Source: Escherichia phage A5-4. Taken from it: a stretch of DNA of 64,000 nt. The position numbers and the translations under genes were made by a program. The DNA is taken from the sequence record OP744025, one strand, 5' to 3'. This document shows positions 63,901 through 64,000 of this stretch, piece after piece. Numbering within the stretch: the first letter of the stretch is position 1; the number at the start of each line of letters is the position of its first letter. The notes beneath the pieces are model-generated. The model made no database searches. It was not told the DNA's origin and saw only the letters and a program-made list of their open reading frames with translations.

Positions 63901-64000
63901 TGTTGACAAGGTCAGTGCTTTTATGCATTGGCCTTTATTTTTTATCCTTTTTATGGTAATATACCTTTTATCGGTTCAAGTCAAGAACTAAAGGAGAATT

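Overview
The window reads as a contiguous piece of a large virulent dsDNA phage genome with T4-like gene content; no host genes, integrase, rRNA or CRISPR array were seen. It has three strand blocks. (1) 1-8100, plus strand: about 25 small ORFs of unknown function, most preceded by a repeated TTGACA promoter-like box followed by a GC-rich stem-loop, resembling the promoter-early stem-loop cassettes of T4-type hyperplastic regions. (2) 8100-9900: a convergent, ORF-poor, G-rich (plus strand) region with iteron-like direct repeats and palindromes. (3) 9900-58943, minus strand: a long co-oriented block holding three tandem RCC1-like beta-propeller paralogs, several tandem-duplicated small-gene families, and a nucleotide-metabolism/DNA-processing core (NrdA, NrdB, glutaredoxin, NrdD, NrdG, PhoH, ThyX-like, dNMP kinase, HAD hydrolase, DEDD exonuclease, endonuclease VII-like, RuvC-like, RNase H/FEN, DNA ligase), plus a CCA-adding enzyme, a Pol-beta-type nucleotidyltransferase, a NADAR-domain protein, an HNH-AP2 homing endonuclease and a family of near-identical intrinsic terminators. 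(4) 58944-59310: an AT-rich divergent control region with a GATC cluster. (5) 59311-64000, plus strand: small ORFs, a cluster of five tRNAs (Met, Tyr, Gly, Gln, Pro) plus one degenerate tRNA-like sequence, two copies of a conserved structured element after tRNAs, and a candidate spanin pair. All calls rest on motif recognition by eye; no database search was run. Coordinates taken from the ORF track are exact; those I derived by hand may be off by 1-2 nt.
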